Assembly (NCBI GenBank): GCA_965116875.1
Contig: OZ220733.1
Span: 1,888,001 to 1,952,000, forward strand
Direction: 5' to 3'
DNA from: Candidatus Latescibacterota bacterium
GTDB lineage: Bacteria > Latescibacterota > UBA2968 > GCA-2709665
DNA: 64,000 bases
Program-made: the position numbers and the translations under genes
Shown here: positions 37,772 through 49,209 of the stretch, one piece after another
Layout of the letters: each line of letters starts with the position of its first letter
Position numbering within the stretch: position 1 is the first letter of the stretch
The notes under the pieces: generated by a model
The model's database searches: none
What the model was told of the DNA's origin: nothing
What the model saw: only the letters and a program-made list of their open reading frames with translations

Positions 37772-38875
37772 CTACCGCTGATCGCCGGTTCTCAATACGC
37801 CATCGACAAACGCATAAGCCTGCTTACGGATTTCCGGTGGAAACGCGTGTTCCGCATCGGGATGTACCGCCAAAAGGCGGTCGGGGACGCCGAGTAACGC
37901 GTAAACGGGCGCTGACGCCCGGACGCAGTCTTTCACCCCGGACACTTCAAAATTGGCGTCGCGCAACGGCGCGTTGATGAAAAAGCCCCGGGGCGCAAGG
38001 GCCGCAACCACCTCCGTGAAATCAAAAGGCATCCGGTTCGGATCTCTTCCGTACCGTTCGGAAATTCGGGGCATATAGCCTGGATGGCTCCAGCCGGTCA
38101 GGTCGCCGCCGTAGTATTTGAAGAATGAATTGAACCCGCAACTGGACACCACGACCTTCAGCCGCCGATCGAACGCGGACAGATACATGGAATTGTGTCC
38201 GCCCAGGGAATGCCCGATACAACCAATGCGTCCGGCATCCACCTCCGGCAGCGACTGCAGCAGGTCCACGGCACGCATGTGGTTCCAGATCCCCTTCATC
38301 GTCGCACTGGCATACCCGTTTTGATATGGATCGAATTCGTACTCTCCGAAATTCACGTAGTCCGGCGCCAATGTCACATATCCCCTCCGCGCAAGCTCCA
38401 GCCCATAGTGCAGATCCGGGATGCCGCCCACGCCCGCGGGTTCGCCTTTGCCGATCTTCGTTGTCTGGTGCAGGCACAACATCGCCGGCGTCTTGCCGTC
38501 CAGGCCCTTCGGAAGCAGGAGGTACGCGGGCACGCGGTCGCCCGGTTCCGACAGAAATGAGATTTTCTTCCTGATCACGTCGCCCAGGTCCTCGGTGGTC
38601 ACAACCTCCATTTCCAGCGGAGGCAGGCTGGAACGATCGGGAAGGGGTCCCATCACTTTCTCCATATTCGCCAGAATATGCGCCCGCCGCTTCTCCCAGT
38701 CCTTCGCGTTCGATATCGCCCGTTCCTCGCCCCGTGCATCCACGTAGACCAGCATCTTCATCTTATCCTCGTAGAACGGCGGCCCCTGCCCGGCAGTGGG
38801 GACGCCCACCAGCATCGCGGTCCCCAGAGCCAGGCTGACCGTCCATCGTGAAAACTTCCTCGGAAAATCTACCAT
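37772..38875 (-). CDS. Secreted alpha/beta hydrolase (dienelactone hydrolase/acetylxylan esterase-like)
   Basis: Signal peptide, VPAYLL, CLHQT, GHSLGG, HAFP. Confidence 0.85.
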   Translation of the reverse strand: MVDFPRKFSRWTVSLALGTAMLVGVPTAGQGPPFYEDKMKMLVYVDARGEERAISNAKDWEKRRAHILANMEKVMGPLPDRSSLPPLEMEVVTTEDLGDVIRKKISFLSEPGDRVPAYLLLPKGLDGKTPAMLCLHQTTKIGKGEPAGVGGIPDLHYGLELARRGYVTLAPDYVNFGEYEFDPYQNGYASATMKGIWNHMRAVDLLQSLPEVDAGRIGCIGHSLGGHNSMYLSAFDRRLKVVVSSCGFNSFFKYYGGDLTGWSHPGYMPRISERYGRDPNRMPFDFTEVVAALAPRGFFINAPLRDANFEVSGVKDCVRASAPVYALLGVPDRLLAVHPDAEHAFPPEIRKQAYAFVDGVLRTGDQR

Positions 38876-38888
38876 GGACCATTCCGTC

Positions 38889-39668
38889 TCAGTGAGCCGT
38901 CCATCCCCCGTCAACAAACAACGACGTCCCCGTAACATAGGTCGACGCGTCGCTCGCCAGAAACACCGCGGCGCCCCTGATCTCGCGCATCTCGCCCCAG
39001 CGATTGAAAGCCGTCTGTCCCAGCAGGCTCTTCACCTTGTCGGGTGTCTTCAGAAGCGGCCTGTTGATCTCCGTCAGAAAGGGTCCCGGGCAGAGCGCGT
39101 TGCACCGTACACCGAAGGGCGCCCACTCCAGGGCAAGCGCCCGGGTCATTCCGGCGACCCCGGCTTTGGAAGAACAATACGCCGAACGCTCCGCCAGACC
39201 AACGGCGCTCAGCGTAGACCCCACGTTGATCACCGATCCGCTCTTCCGGGACGTCATGATCGGCCCCGCGGCCCTGCAGCAGAGCCAGGAACCCGTGAGG
39301 TTGGTCTCTACGACCTGCCTGAACTCATCGACCGGAAAACGATCCAGGGGATGCCGGATGTTGATTCCCGCACAGTTGACGAGGACGTCCAGCCGACCGA
39401 ACCGATCCGTAACCGCCTGCATCAGCCGGGTCACATCCTCATCCACCGTCACGTCGGCGGCCAGCCCAAGGCTATCCCGTCCCGCCTTCGCCGCGATCCC
39501 GGCCGCAACCGATTCGCAGTCCGTCTTGTTTCTCGAACAGACCACCGTACTTGCGCCCGCCTCGGCCAGCGCCAGCGCCATTTCCTTTCCCAGTCCCTTC
39601 GATCCTCCGGTGATCAGGGCTACACGACCGTCCAGTCGAAACAGATCCAGCGTTGTTGGCTCGTCCAT
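38889..39668 (-). CDS. SDR oxidoreductase (gluconate 5-dehydrogenase/KduD-like)
   Basis: TGGSKGLG, YCSSK, ALEWA, VDGGWTA. Confidence 0.88.
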   Translation of the reverse strand: MDEPTTLDLFRLDGRVALITGGSKGLGKEMALALAEAGASTVVCSRNKTDCESVAAGIAAKAGRDSLGLAADVTVDEDVTRLMQAVTDRFGRLDVLVNCAGINIRHPLDRFPVDEFRQVVETNLTGSWLCCRAAGPIMTSRKSGSVINVGSTLSAVGLAERSAYCSSKAGVAGMTRALALEWAPFGVRCNALCPGPFLTEINRPLLKTPDKVKSLLGQTAFNRWGEMREIRGAAVFLASDASTYVTGTSLFVDGGWTAH

Positions 39669-39764
39669 ACCCGCCTCCGCAGTTTACATGGTGACGCGAA
39701 CTGGCAGATGCCGCGAATTGACAATTCGCGTTACCGGATCAGGCGCCGGTTCGGCCTATGGTGA

Positions 39765-40886
39765 TCACGGGGATCCATCCCGCGACAGTTCGGCCAGGAC
39801 TGTCCTTAATATCCCGGCAAACAGCAGCCGCTCCTCCGGTGTCCCCACCGTCACCCTGAAGAACCGGTCCAGCGGCGCCGCCGCGGGTTTCCGAACGAAG
39901 GCGCCGTGTCTCTGAAGCGACTCCAGAATCGTATTCGCGCGATCCACCGTTCCGGCATCGAATGCCACGAAATTCGTGGCCGAGGGCAGCGTGGGCAAGC
40001 CCAGACTTTCCCCCAGTCGCGCATAATCCGCCCGTCCTTCCACGACCGACATGACGACGTTCGACACGAAATCCGTATCTTCCAGCGAGGCGAGCGCCCC
40101 GGCCTGTGCCACGCGATTTACACCGTAGTGGTGTCGTACCTTCTCCAGGGCCCCGACCACGTCCGCGTCCGCAACCGCATATCCGATCCGCGCGCCGGCC
40201 ATTCCGTGCGCCTTGGAGAACGTGCGCATACGAATGACACGCGGCCTGATCGGCGCCATCGGCGGTGGCGCGTCCTGTGTTGCAAACTCCGAATACGCTT
40301 CGTCCAGAATCAGCAGACAGCGATCCGGAAGCATCCCCTCGAGCGCCCTGATTTTCGCCGCCGGGTGCCAGGTGCCCGTGGGGTTGTCCGGATTGGACAG
40401 GTACACCATCCGGGCTTCGGTCTCCGCCGCGGCTTCGGCGAGTCCGTCCAGATTGTTTCTGTCATCCCGGTAAGGCACGAAGTGCAGGAGCCCGCCGAAC
40501 CCGTTTACGTGGTAGTTGAACGTGGGGTAAGCGCCGAGGGACGTTACAACCGTCTCACCGGGCTCGATAAAAACCCTCACGACGAGCCCGAGAAGGTCGT
40601 CGATTCCGCTTCCAACGCTGACGTTTTCGAATGGAACACCGTGGAAACCGGCAATTGCGGCGCGGATCTCGTGGTTTTCCGGATCGTTGTACCAGCTCAA
40701 CCGCTCAACCGCCCGGAACATGGCGTCGCGCGCCAGCGGCGAAATCCCGAAAGCGCTTTCGTTTGCGCCCACCCTCACCCTGAAGGCCTCTCCGCGCCGT
40801 CGTTCCAGCGCTTCGGGCCCCACGAAGGGCACCGATGCCGGCAGGCCGCGAACAATTCGGGTAAATGGAAACCGGTCATCCATCAT
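39765..40886 (-). CDS. PLP aminotransferase class I/II (HisC-like)
   Basis: GANESAFG, NPDNPTG, DEAY, RTFSKAHGMAGARIGY. Confidence 0.9.
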   Translation of the reverse strand: MMDDRFPFTRIVRGLPASVPFVGPEALERRRGEAFRVRVGANESAFGISPLARDAMFRAVERLSWYNDPENHEIRAAIAGFHGVPFENVSVGSGIDDLLGLVVRVFIEPGETVVTSLGAYPTFNYHVNGFGGLLHFVPYRDDRNNLDGLAEAAAETEARMVYLSNPDNPTGTWHPAAKIRALEGMLPDRCLLILDEAYSEFATQDAPPPMAPIRPRVIRMRTFSKAHGMAGARIGYAVADADVVGALEKVRHHYGVNRVAQAGALASLEDTDFVSNVVMSVVEGRADYARLGESLGLPTLPSATNFVAFDAGTVDRANTILESLQRHGAFVRKPAAAPLDRFFRVTVGTPEERLLFAGILRTVLAELSRDGSP

Positions 40887-40922
40887 CCGGACTCCGAGGA
40901 CGCAGAGATATTCCGGCGCCCG

Positions 40923-41417
40923 TCAAAAGCGGACTCGGAACCGCAGTCGGAATTCCAGGCCTTCCTCACCGGACCCGTGCGGCTCGCCCCAGTCCACCTG
41001 GTCCAGGTGCGCGTCCACGTACGCATCGCCCATGCTGAACAGGATCAGGCCAATCGTTGTGTACAGAAAGATATTCCGTTCCGGTGTCGGATCAACCGAC
41101 GTGCGATCATTCAGCTGGTTTCGTCGAACGAAGAACGCCACCGTGGAACTCACCTGCGCGGCGGCAATCAGGCTTCCCTTTATGGGTCTGTAGTTATAAA
41201 ACTGCCCCCAGCCCGGCAACGCCAGCGATCGCAACATCGCACCCCTGGGGGGGCGGACCTCCCGGACACTGTCCACGGCCGTCGTATCCGGGCTTTCCGC
41301 GGCCGCCGGACCGACCCACGTGAGCATGGCCATTCCCGCCGCGAATACGAACCGTATTGCGGCAGAACTCCCACGGTTGGGATTCGCGGCTCTCCGGCTC
41401 CAGGCATTGCGCTTCAC
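40923..41417 (-). CDS. DUF5683-like membrane protein
   Basis: AMLRSLALPGWGQFYN, DAYVDAHL. Confidence 0.75.
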   Translation of the reverse strand: MKRNAWSRRAANPNRGSSAAIRFVFAAGMAMLTWVGPAAAESPDTTAVDSVREVRPPRGAMLRSLALPGWGQFYNYRPIKGSLIAAAQVSSTVAFFVRRNQLNDRTSVDPTPERNIFLYTTIGLILFSMGDAYVDAHLDQVDWGEPHGSGEEGLEFRLRFRVRF

Positions 41418-41420
41418 GAT

Positions 41421-42359
41421 TCATGCTCCGATCGCCAATCTTGCCGCGCCCAGAATTCCCGCGTCGTCTCCCAGCACACCCGCCACGATTTGCACCCCTT
41501 CCTTGACTCCGACCGTCCCGCGTTCCTGGAAGGTCCTTCTGACAGGCGCAAACAGGCGTTCCCCGGCACGCGCGAGTCCGCCGCACAGGGCCACCACCTC
41601 CACGTTCGTTACGCTCACCAGACTCACCAGGCCGATTCCCAGCAACGTGCCGGTCTCTTCGAACATGGCGCCGGCAAACGCATCACCCGCCTCCGCAGCC
41701 TTGAAAATCGCCTGCGTGGTCAGTCCATCCGCAGTCAGCGCTGTCTCGGGCGACTCAAGCTCAAGCCGATCGCGGGTGCGTCTCACCATTGCCGTTGCGG
41801 AGACATAGAGTTCGAGACAGCCAAAATTCCCACAGGGGCAGCGGGGGCCGTTCCAGTCGATCGTGACGTGGCCCACCTCCGCCGCATTGCCGTTGAACCC
41901 ATGCATCAATTCGCCGTTACATACCCAGCCGCCGCCGACACCCGTACCCAGCGTCACACACAAAAAATGAGGCGCCTTCCTGCCGGCGCCCTGCCATTGC
42001 TCGCCAAAAGCCGCGAGATTCGCATCGTTGTCCACGACCACCGGCATTTCGAGCACAGCCTCCAGACGGTCTTTCAGGCGTACGCCATGCATGCACGGCA
42101 TGTTCTCGGGAGAAATAATGACGCCGTTGAAGGGGTCCAGCGGACCCGGCGCGCCGACGCCCACGCCGCGTACTTCCGTTCCGCCCGCTTCCCGGATCAC
42201 CTGCCTGACGCACGTTGCGATTCCCGATATCACGCGATCGCTGCCCAGGTCCGGCCGTGTGGGACAACGGTACCGGGCGAGGATTTCGCCAGCGTCCGTC
42301 ACCAACCCCGCACGGGTATTGGTCCCACCCAGGTCGACGCCAACCGTCAGCGCGTTCAC
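41421..42359 (-). CDS. ROK family sugar kinase
   Basis: GVDLGGT, NDANLAAFGE, GTGVGGG, EVGH...CPCGNFGCLE. Confidence 0.93.
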   Translation of the reverse strand: MNALTVGVDLGGTNTRAGLVTDAGEILARYRCPTRPDLGSDRVISGIATCVRQVIREAGGTEVRGVGVGAPGPLDPFNGVIISPENMPCMHGVRLKDRLEAVLEMPVVVDNDANLAAFGEQWQGAGRKAPHFLCVTLGTGVGGGWVCNGELMHGFNGNAAEVGHVTIDWNGPRCPCGNFGCLELYVSATAMVRRTRDRLELESPETALTADGLTTQAIFKAAEAGDAFAGAMFEETGTLLGIGLVSLVSVTNVEVVALCGGLARAGERLFAPVRRTFQERGTVGVKEGVQIVAGVLGDDAGILGAARLAIGA

Positions 42360-42997
42360 ATCCCGGCCCGCGCCTGTTTCACGGCCTCCACAAAAGCCCG
42401 GGCAGTCGCCGTCAACGCGGGCCAGTCCTTCTCCGCCACCGCCCGCTTATCCACCATCGCGCTTCCCGCCCCCACCGCACAGGCGCCCGCCCTGATGAAT
42501 TCCGGGGTGGTCGTGGCGTCCACCCCGCCTGTGGGCATCAGGCGCACCTGGGGCAACGGACCCTTGACATCCTTGAAATAGGAAGGACCGCCCACACCGG
42601 CAGGGAAAACCTTGACAACGTCCGCGCCGGCCTGCCATGCGGCAAGAATCTCCGTTGGAGTGAACCCCGCGGGCATGACAACCTTTCCGTAGCGCTTGGC
42701 CATCGTGATCACGTCCAGGTTCAACGTGGGTCCCACGACGTACTCCGCCCCTGCCAGAATGGCTGCGCGCGCCGTCTCCGGATCCAGGACGGACCCGACA
42801 CCGACGATGGTGTCCTCCATTTTCGCGGACGCCTCCTCGATGACCCTGAGCGCCCCCGGTACGGTCATCGTCACTTCGATGGCAACGACGCCGCCTTCCC
42901 GCAGCGCCCGGGATACATCCATCAGTTCCGCGGGCGAGTCCGCCCTCAGAACCGCCACCACCCCACAGTCGATAATTCGATCCAGCACACCGGCCAT
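42356..42997 (-). CDS. eda: KDPG/KHG aldolase
   Basis: VVAVLR, IEVT, VKVFPA, PTGGV. Confidence 0.92.
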   Translation of the reverse strand: MAGVLDRIIDCGVVAVLRADSPAELMDVSRALREGGVVAIEVTMTVPGALRVIEEASAKMEDTIVGVGSVLDPETARAAILAGAEYVVGPTLNLDVITMAKRYGKVVMPAGFTPTEILAAWQAGADVVKVFPAGVGGPSYFKDVKGPLPQVRLMPTGGVDATTTPEFIRAGACAVGAGSAMVDKRAVAEKDWPALTATARAFVEAVKQARAGM

Positions 42998-43030
42998 ACA
43001 ATATTCCCTCTGTCTGCGCGATCGCGAGCG

Positions 43031-44074
43031 CTATCGCCTGATTCTTGCTGCCGCGCCTTTCATGGCGGATTCCGCCTCCGCCCTCGTCGCCCAGTTCACG
43101 TCGCCCAGGAAAGTATGCGCAAGCGCCGAATACGCGCCGGCGAAGTCCACCGCCGCCTGGGGATCCACCCCTTCGATCAGGCTTGAAATCAGCCCTGCCG
43201 AGAAACTGTCCCCGCCTCCCACCCGGTCGACCATTTCGAGGTCCTCGTAGATTCGAGACAGGTAGAATGCTTCACCGTCGAACAGGAGTGTCCGCCAGTC
43301 GTTCAGCAGTCCTGTCTTTGCAACCCGCAGGGTTGTGCCCACGTAGTCCACGTTCGGATAGGACTCGACCGCCCGACGCGCCACGTCCTTGTAGCTGTCG
43401 GGATCCAGTTGACTGTAGTCGTCCTTCGAACCCTCCGCCTTCAACCCCAGGACCTTCTCAAAGTCCTCTTCGTTGCCGATCAGTACCTTGACCAGCGGAA
43501 CAATCGTGCTGCTGGTTTCCTGGGCTTTCTCAGAACTCCACAGCTTCGACCGGAAGTTCAAGTCATAACTAGTCGTCACCCCGGCCTCCCTCGCCGCCTC
43601 CAGGGCTTCAAGCGTCGTGTCCGCGGCACTGTTGGAAAGCGCCGGCGTGATGCCGCTGACGTGAAACCATTTCGCGCCGTCGAAAATGGACTTCCAGTCC
43701 ACCATGCCGGGCTCGATATTTGAGATCGCAGAGTTCGCCCGGTCGTAGGTCACCGCGCTGGCCCGCGGCCCGACGCCCAGTTCGACGTGGTAGAACCCGT
43801 TCCGTTCGAAACCGACGCCGTCAAAATCCACCCAGCGTATATTGGACACGTCCACGCCGTGTTCCCGGCCCCTGTTCCGGATGATCCACCCCGTCCAATT
43901 GTCCACCAGCCGGGATACCCACGCCGTATTCAGACCCAGATGCGCGCAGGCTACAGCCACGTTATACTCGCCGCCGCCTATCTCGACGTCCAGACTGGTG
44001 GAATTTTCCAGCCGGCGGTATTCCGGCGACGACAATCGAATCATCGCCTCCCCGAAGGTTACCACATCGTACAT
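43031..44074 (-). CDS. kdgK: PfkB sugar kinase, 2-keto-3-deoxygluconate kinase-like
   Basis: FGEAMIRLS, SGITPALS, DLNFRSKLW, DRVGGGDSF; adjacent to eda. Confidence 0.85.
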   Translation of the reverse strand: MYDVVTFGEAMIRLSSPEYRRLENSTSLDVEIGGGEYNVAVACAHLGLNTAWVSRLVDNWTGWIIRNRGREHGVDVSNIRWVDFDGVGFERNGFYHVELGVGPRASAVTYDRANSAISNIEPGMVDWKSIFDGAKWFHVSGITPALSNSAADTTLEALEAAREAGVTTSYDLNFRSKLWSSEKAQETSSTIVPLVKVLIGNEEDFEKVLGLKAEGSKDDYSQLDPDSYKDVARRAVESYPNVDYVGTTLRVAKTGLLNDWRTLLFDGEAFYLSRIYEDLEMVDRVGGGDSFSAGLISSLIEGVDPQAAVDFAGAYSALAHTFLGDVNWATRAEAESAMKGAAARIRR

Positions 44075-44108
44075 TACTCCCCTCCTCAATGAAACCAGGG
44101 CGTGGTCT

Positions 44109-44804
44109 TCATTCGTCGCTTCCGCCCAGGAGGCCGGAAAGGATCAACATCCGGAACAGGAAAAGCACCGCCACCAGCGCCGACGCCACGTAGGTCCAGG
44201 CCGCCGCATTCAATACCTTTCGGGCCGCGGGGATTTCCTCTCGGGTGAGATATCCGCCGTCCTGGAGTATGGCAATCGCCCTGCTGCTGGCATTGAACTC
44301 CACCGGCAGCGTGACCAGACCGAACAGGACGGCGAAGGAAAAGAATACGATGCCAAGTTGAAGCATAAATCCGGATTGAAAGAGAAAACCGATAAAGAAC
44401 AGGGGCATGCCCACCCAGGAGCCGAAATTGGCCACCGGAACGATATTCGTCCGCAGGCTCAGGGGAAAGTATCCGTGCGCGTGCTGAAACGCGTGGCCCG
44501 CCTCGTGCGCCGCCACGCCGATGGCCGCGAGCGAGCGCGAACCGTATGTGCTGTCCGACAGGCGCAACGTGTGGTCCCGTGGATCGTAGTGATCCGTCAG
44601 CTTGCCGCCCACGTTCTCCACCTTTACCGAAACCCGGCCCCGCCGCAGGATATCGCGGGCGACCTGGTCCGCGGTCCATCCACTTCGGGAACCGAATTCA
44701 TCATACCTGGCGAACGTCCGCTTGACCTTGAACTGCGCCCACAGCGCCAGGATGAACCCCGGAATCACAAGAATCAGCGTTGGGTCCCAGAAGAGAGGAA
44801 ACAT
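44109..44804 (-). CDS. Zinc metallopeptidase (YugP-like)
   Basis: LTDHYDP, AAHEAGHAFQH, LPVEFNASSRA. Confidence 0.9.
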   Translation of the reverse strand: MFPLFWDPTLILVIPGFILALWAQFKVKRTFARYDEFGSRSGWTADQVARDILRRGRVSVKVENVGGKLTDHYDPRDHTLRLSDSTYGSRSLAAIGVAAHEAGHAFQHAHGYFPLSLRTNIVPVANFGSWVGMPLFFIGFLFQSGFMLQLGIVFFSFAVLFGLVTLPVEFNASSRAIAILQDGGYLTREEIPAARKVLNAAAWTYVASALVAVLFLFRMLILSGLLGGSDE

Positions 44805-44860
44805 AAACGCAACACCTCCTTCGAGAATGTTTACTGCCTTTTCATCTGATGTGACGTCCA

Positions 44861-45805
44861 CTATTGGCGGTTCCCGGTTGCTCCGCCCAAGATCTCGCCG
44901 GTTTCGATCCGGTATCCGCGCACCAGTTCTGCGCCGCTCATCCGCCCCTTTCCCGCAGGTTGCACTTCTTCAAGCGCAACGGTTCCTTCGCCGGCGGCGA
45001 TCACACAACCCTTCCTCCCGTCCGCCAGGATCACCTCGCCGGGCCGCCCGGCTCCGCTGACGATCACAGCCCGATGCACCTTGAGAACTTCGTCTCTCCA
45101 GGTCGTAAACGCTCCCGGAAACGGGTTGGTTCCGCGAACCAGATTGCGGATCGACGCCGCGCCGCGGGTCCAGTCAATCCGCCCGTTCTCCTTCTCCAGC
45201 CGTGGCGCCCGTGTGACCCCCTTACCGGGCTGAGGCTTCGATGCCAATTCGTCTCTTTCCAGCCCTTCGACAACCGCCCCAAGTGCGCTCGCCCCCAATA
45301 CCCGTAACCGATCCGAGAGCTCACCCGCCGTTTCGTCCGGATCGATCTCCACGACCTGCTGGAACAGGAGGTCCCCCGCGTCCACCCGACCGGACAGGCG
45401 GAATACGCTGATGCCGGTTTCAGTTTCTCCCCGGATGATCGCCCAGTTGATGGGGGCTGCCCCGCGGTATTTCGGCAACAGCGACGGATGCAGGTTCACC
45501 GAGCCGAGCGTTGGAATTTTCAGTACGACTCCCGGCAAAATTACGAAAGCGACCACGACGAAGAGATCCGCGTTGAAGCTCCGAAGCCGATCCAGAAAGT
45601 CCGTGGCTTCCAGGGAGTGCGGCTGCATTAACGGGAGTCCCAACCGGTGCGCGGCCGTCTTCACGGGAGGCGGCGACAGTTTCCGTCCCCGACCCCGAGG
45701 CCGGTCCGGCCGGGTCACGACCGCGGCGATTTCGTGGCCGCAATCCACCAGACGATCCAGGGACGGCACGGCGAAATCGGGCGTTCCCATAAATACCAGC
45801 TTCAC
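44861..45805 (-). CDS. fmt: Methionyl-tRNA formyltransferase
   Basis: FMGTPDFA, NLHPSLLPKYRGAAPI. Confidence 0.95.
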   Translation of the reverse strand: MKLVFMGTPDFAVPSLDRLVDCGHEIAAVVTRPDRPRGRGRKLSPPPVKTAAHRLGLPLMQPHSLEATDFLDRLRSFNADLFVVVAFVILPGVVLKIPTLGSVNLHPSLLPKYRGAAPINWAIIRGETETGISVFRLSGRVDAGDLLFQQVVEIDPDETAGELSDRLRVLGASALGAVVEGLERDELASKPQPGKGVTRAPRLEKENGRIDWTRGAASIRNLVRGTNPFPGAFTTWRDEVLKVHRAVIVSGAGRPGEVILADGRKGCVIAAGEGTVALEEVQPAGKGRMSGAELVRGYRIETGEILGGATGNRQ

Positions 45806-45871
45806 ATCCGTCTCCAAACCGGGATCCGGTTTCGCCGGAATCCCGGATGCCACTCCGTGTCAGGTACCCGA

Positions 45872-46198
45872 TTACTTTTCTTCCAGAACCCGGGAAACCG
45901 ATCCCCTGGAAACCTCAACGCGCACTTCCCTGGCGATCTGCACCACGAGGATTCCAGCCTCTTCTTTAATACCCACAATCGTACCGTGAATCCCCCCGGA
46001 CGTTACGATTTTATCCCCCTTCTTCAGTGCATCGATCATCGCCTGCTGCGCTTTCTGCTTTTTGATCTGCGGGCGAAAGATCAACAGGTAGACGACGATG
46101 ACCATTAACAACAAGGGGAATATCTGCACGAGGAATCCCGGTGAGGACCCATCGGTCGGCTGGCCGCCCATCGCGAATGCTTCGCTTACGCCAAACAA
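45872..46198 (-). CDS. yajC: Preprotein translocase YajC
   Basis: RPQIKKQK, LKKGDKIVTSGGIHG; AAGGAGG precedes TTG. Confidence 0.93.
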   Translation of the reverse strand: MFGVSEAFAMGGQPTDGSSPGFLVQIFPLLLMVIVVYLLIFRPQIKKQKAQQAMIDALKKGDKIVTSGGIHGTIVGIKEEAGILVVQIAREVRVEVSRGSVSRVLEEK

Positions 46199-46272
46199 AG
46201 GTAAACCCTCCTTGAAGGAATCAGGTAGATGAAATGAACGGAAGAATAGCTTCACTTAAAGATATTGTTATG

Positions 46273-47454
<1,182 letters not shown>

Positions 47455-47511
47455 TCACTACGCGATTGCCGCAGTGCGAATTGTCCCGGTTCTCGGCTAT
47501 GGCGCAGCCCA

Positions 47512-47540
47512 AATATACCAAGCGTTTCTGCGCAAGTCAA
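47512..47540 (-). promoter_or_regulatory. sigma70-type promoter for the tgt-led run
   Basis: TTGACT-N17-TATATT with extended TG. Confidence 0.55.
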
Positions 47541-47582
47541 CGGGTATTGAATTCTGAACAGGGTTCTGCTCCGCCGCAACTG

Positions 47583-48866
47583 TCATTGTCCCAAAGCTTC
47601 CCTGGCGCTGACGAATTCGATTCCCCGTTTTTCGAGTTCCGGCAGCACGCGTTCGAGTGCAGCCAGAGTCACCGGCCTCGCGTTTCCAATGCCGATTACC
47701 GTTCCGGATATACCTGCCATTTCCGCCAGGGCTTCGACGGATTGTTCGACCGACTCCTGTGTTTCCTTTCGATCCAGGAACTTCGCGTTCCGGCCGGCCG
47801 GCATCCCCATCTCCTCCGCGACAGACCAGGCGATCGAGCGAGGGCTGGTGAAGCTGTCCACGAAGAAAAGACCAAGGCGGTCTATTTCTTTCAATACTCT
47901 GCGGATTGCCGCCGGGTCCTCCGTGATACGCGACCCCATATGGTTGTTCATTCCCGTTGCCTGAGGCAGATGGGCTCGCGCCGTCCGAATCAGCGTTCTG
48001 ATTTTTTCCGGTGTATGGTCCATCAACACCGCGTCCGGACCCGGGTCATGGCGTGGATAATCCAGGGGTTCCATCGACAGGTACACCATGACGCCATGCC
48101 CGGCGGCGGCTGCCCGCTCCGCAATCCAGGACGATTTTTCCCGTCGTGGAAAGACCGAGAATGTAATCGTCTGTTTCAACGCGCAGAATCCCCGAATCAA
48201 CGCCTCGTCCTGATATCCGAAATCGACGACTATAATGGCGACTCGACCCGTCAATCGATTCAGCCCGGCCTTTCGCTCCAATGGGATCCTGTTCGTGCGG
48301 ACCCCATCCCCGGCTTTTCGCGTCAATGTGATCTGATTCGTGCGGACCCCATCCATACCCACGAACATGGACAGCCTGGCGCCGTTGCGGTCCTCCACGG
48401 CTTCAACGACGTCGCCGCCCAGACGCCGGGCCAGCCGGGTCAGTTGCAGATTGAACACGGCCAGTGGCAGCCCGTCGGGCACGTCGGCGGTCATCACCCA
48501 GCGGGCGGTACTGTCGGACTGCGCCCGCGACCGCCTGACGGACGCGGCCCCTTCCGGAACACCGAGGTCTTTCAGAACCGCCGGCGCCCGTGATGCCACG
48601 GAATCCGCAAACGCCAGCGGGCCTGCCGGGAGCGTCCGCCACTGCGCCTCCTGATTCAACGCGATTTCCTGTACGTTAGCGGGGGCCTCGGCCTCGCGCC
48701 AGCGCAGCCACCCTGCCAGACCGACCGCCAACGCCAGCACAAGCGCAAGCGTCCAGAGGCGCAATGACATTCGCCGCCTCCTGCGGGCCATCCTCATTCG
48801 GCGGGAACCCCTGGCCTGCTTTTTTGCGCTGGCGGCGCCGGAGCGATTGTTGGAAGTCTTCGCCAT
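47583..48866 (-). CDS. Divergent polysaccharide deacetylase family protein, membrane anchored
   Basis: TM near the N-terminus, SMEP, GMNNHMGS, FFVDSFTSPRS, FLD. Confidence 0.85.
   Translation of the reverse strand: MAKTSNNRSGAASAKKQARGSRRMRMARRRRRMSLRLWTLALVLALAVGLAGWLRWREAEAPANVQEIALNQEAQWRTLPAGPLAFADSVASRAPAVLKDLGVPEGAASVRRSRAQSDSTARWVMTADVPDGLPLAVFNLQLTRLARRLGGDVVEAVEDRNGARLSMFVGMDGVRTNQITLTRKAGDGVRTNRIPLERKAGLNRLTGRVAIIVVDFGYQDEALIRGFCALKQTITFSVFPRREKSSWIAERAAAAGHGVMVYLSMEPLDYPRHDPGPDAVLMDHTPEKIRTLIRTARAHLPQATGMNNHMGSRITEDPAAIRRVLKEIDRLGLFFVDSFTSPRSIAWSVAEEMGMPAGRNAKFLDRKETQESVEQSVEALAEMAGISGTVIGIGNARPVTLAALERVLPELEKRGIEFVSAREALGQ
48264..48353. repeat. In-frame 45-bp tandem duplication
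   Basis: Encodes DGVRTNQITLTRKAG / DGVRTNRIPLERKAG. Confidence 0.85.
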
Positions 48867-49042
48867 AGCCGTATGAAAGATCGCGATACCGGCCGGACCG
48901 GCGCAGTCACGACCAGGAGCGGGCAAGCCGGTCGCGACGTACATCGGGGTCAACCGGAGCAGTGTAGATTGATGGACTCAACCGGGGGAGGAACGTGGAG
49001 CCTGAAACCCGGAGCAGGGGAGATGGAGCGGGTCCGGGGTAA

Positions 49043-49204
49043 GAAGCTGTTTTAAAATTTCCGGTGAGTTCCCGAGCGCGAGCGAAAAAGCGGCGGTCAA
49101 GGCGGGAAAATCCGCCCATATTTGTCTATACGGGTGGGTTTGACCAACGCCGACCGGCGCTTTTGCAGCCGCGCGAAGACCGCTGGGAATTTTAAGACAG
49201 CTTC
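49043..49204. mobile_element. MITE family A, full copy with TAA target duplication
   Basis: TIRs GAAGCTGTTTTAAAATTTCC / GGGAATTTTAAGACAGCTTC, flanked by TAA on both sides. Confidence 0.85.
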
Positions 49205-49209
49205 TAAAT

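Noticed and set aside
39906-42581. 891-aa plus-strand ORF and many similar overlapping ORFs
   Set aside because: Antisense to recognisable genes, Arg/Pro/His-rich, no motifs.
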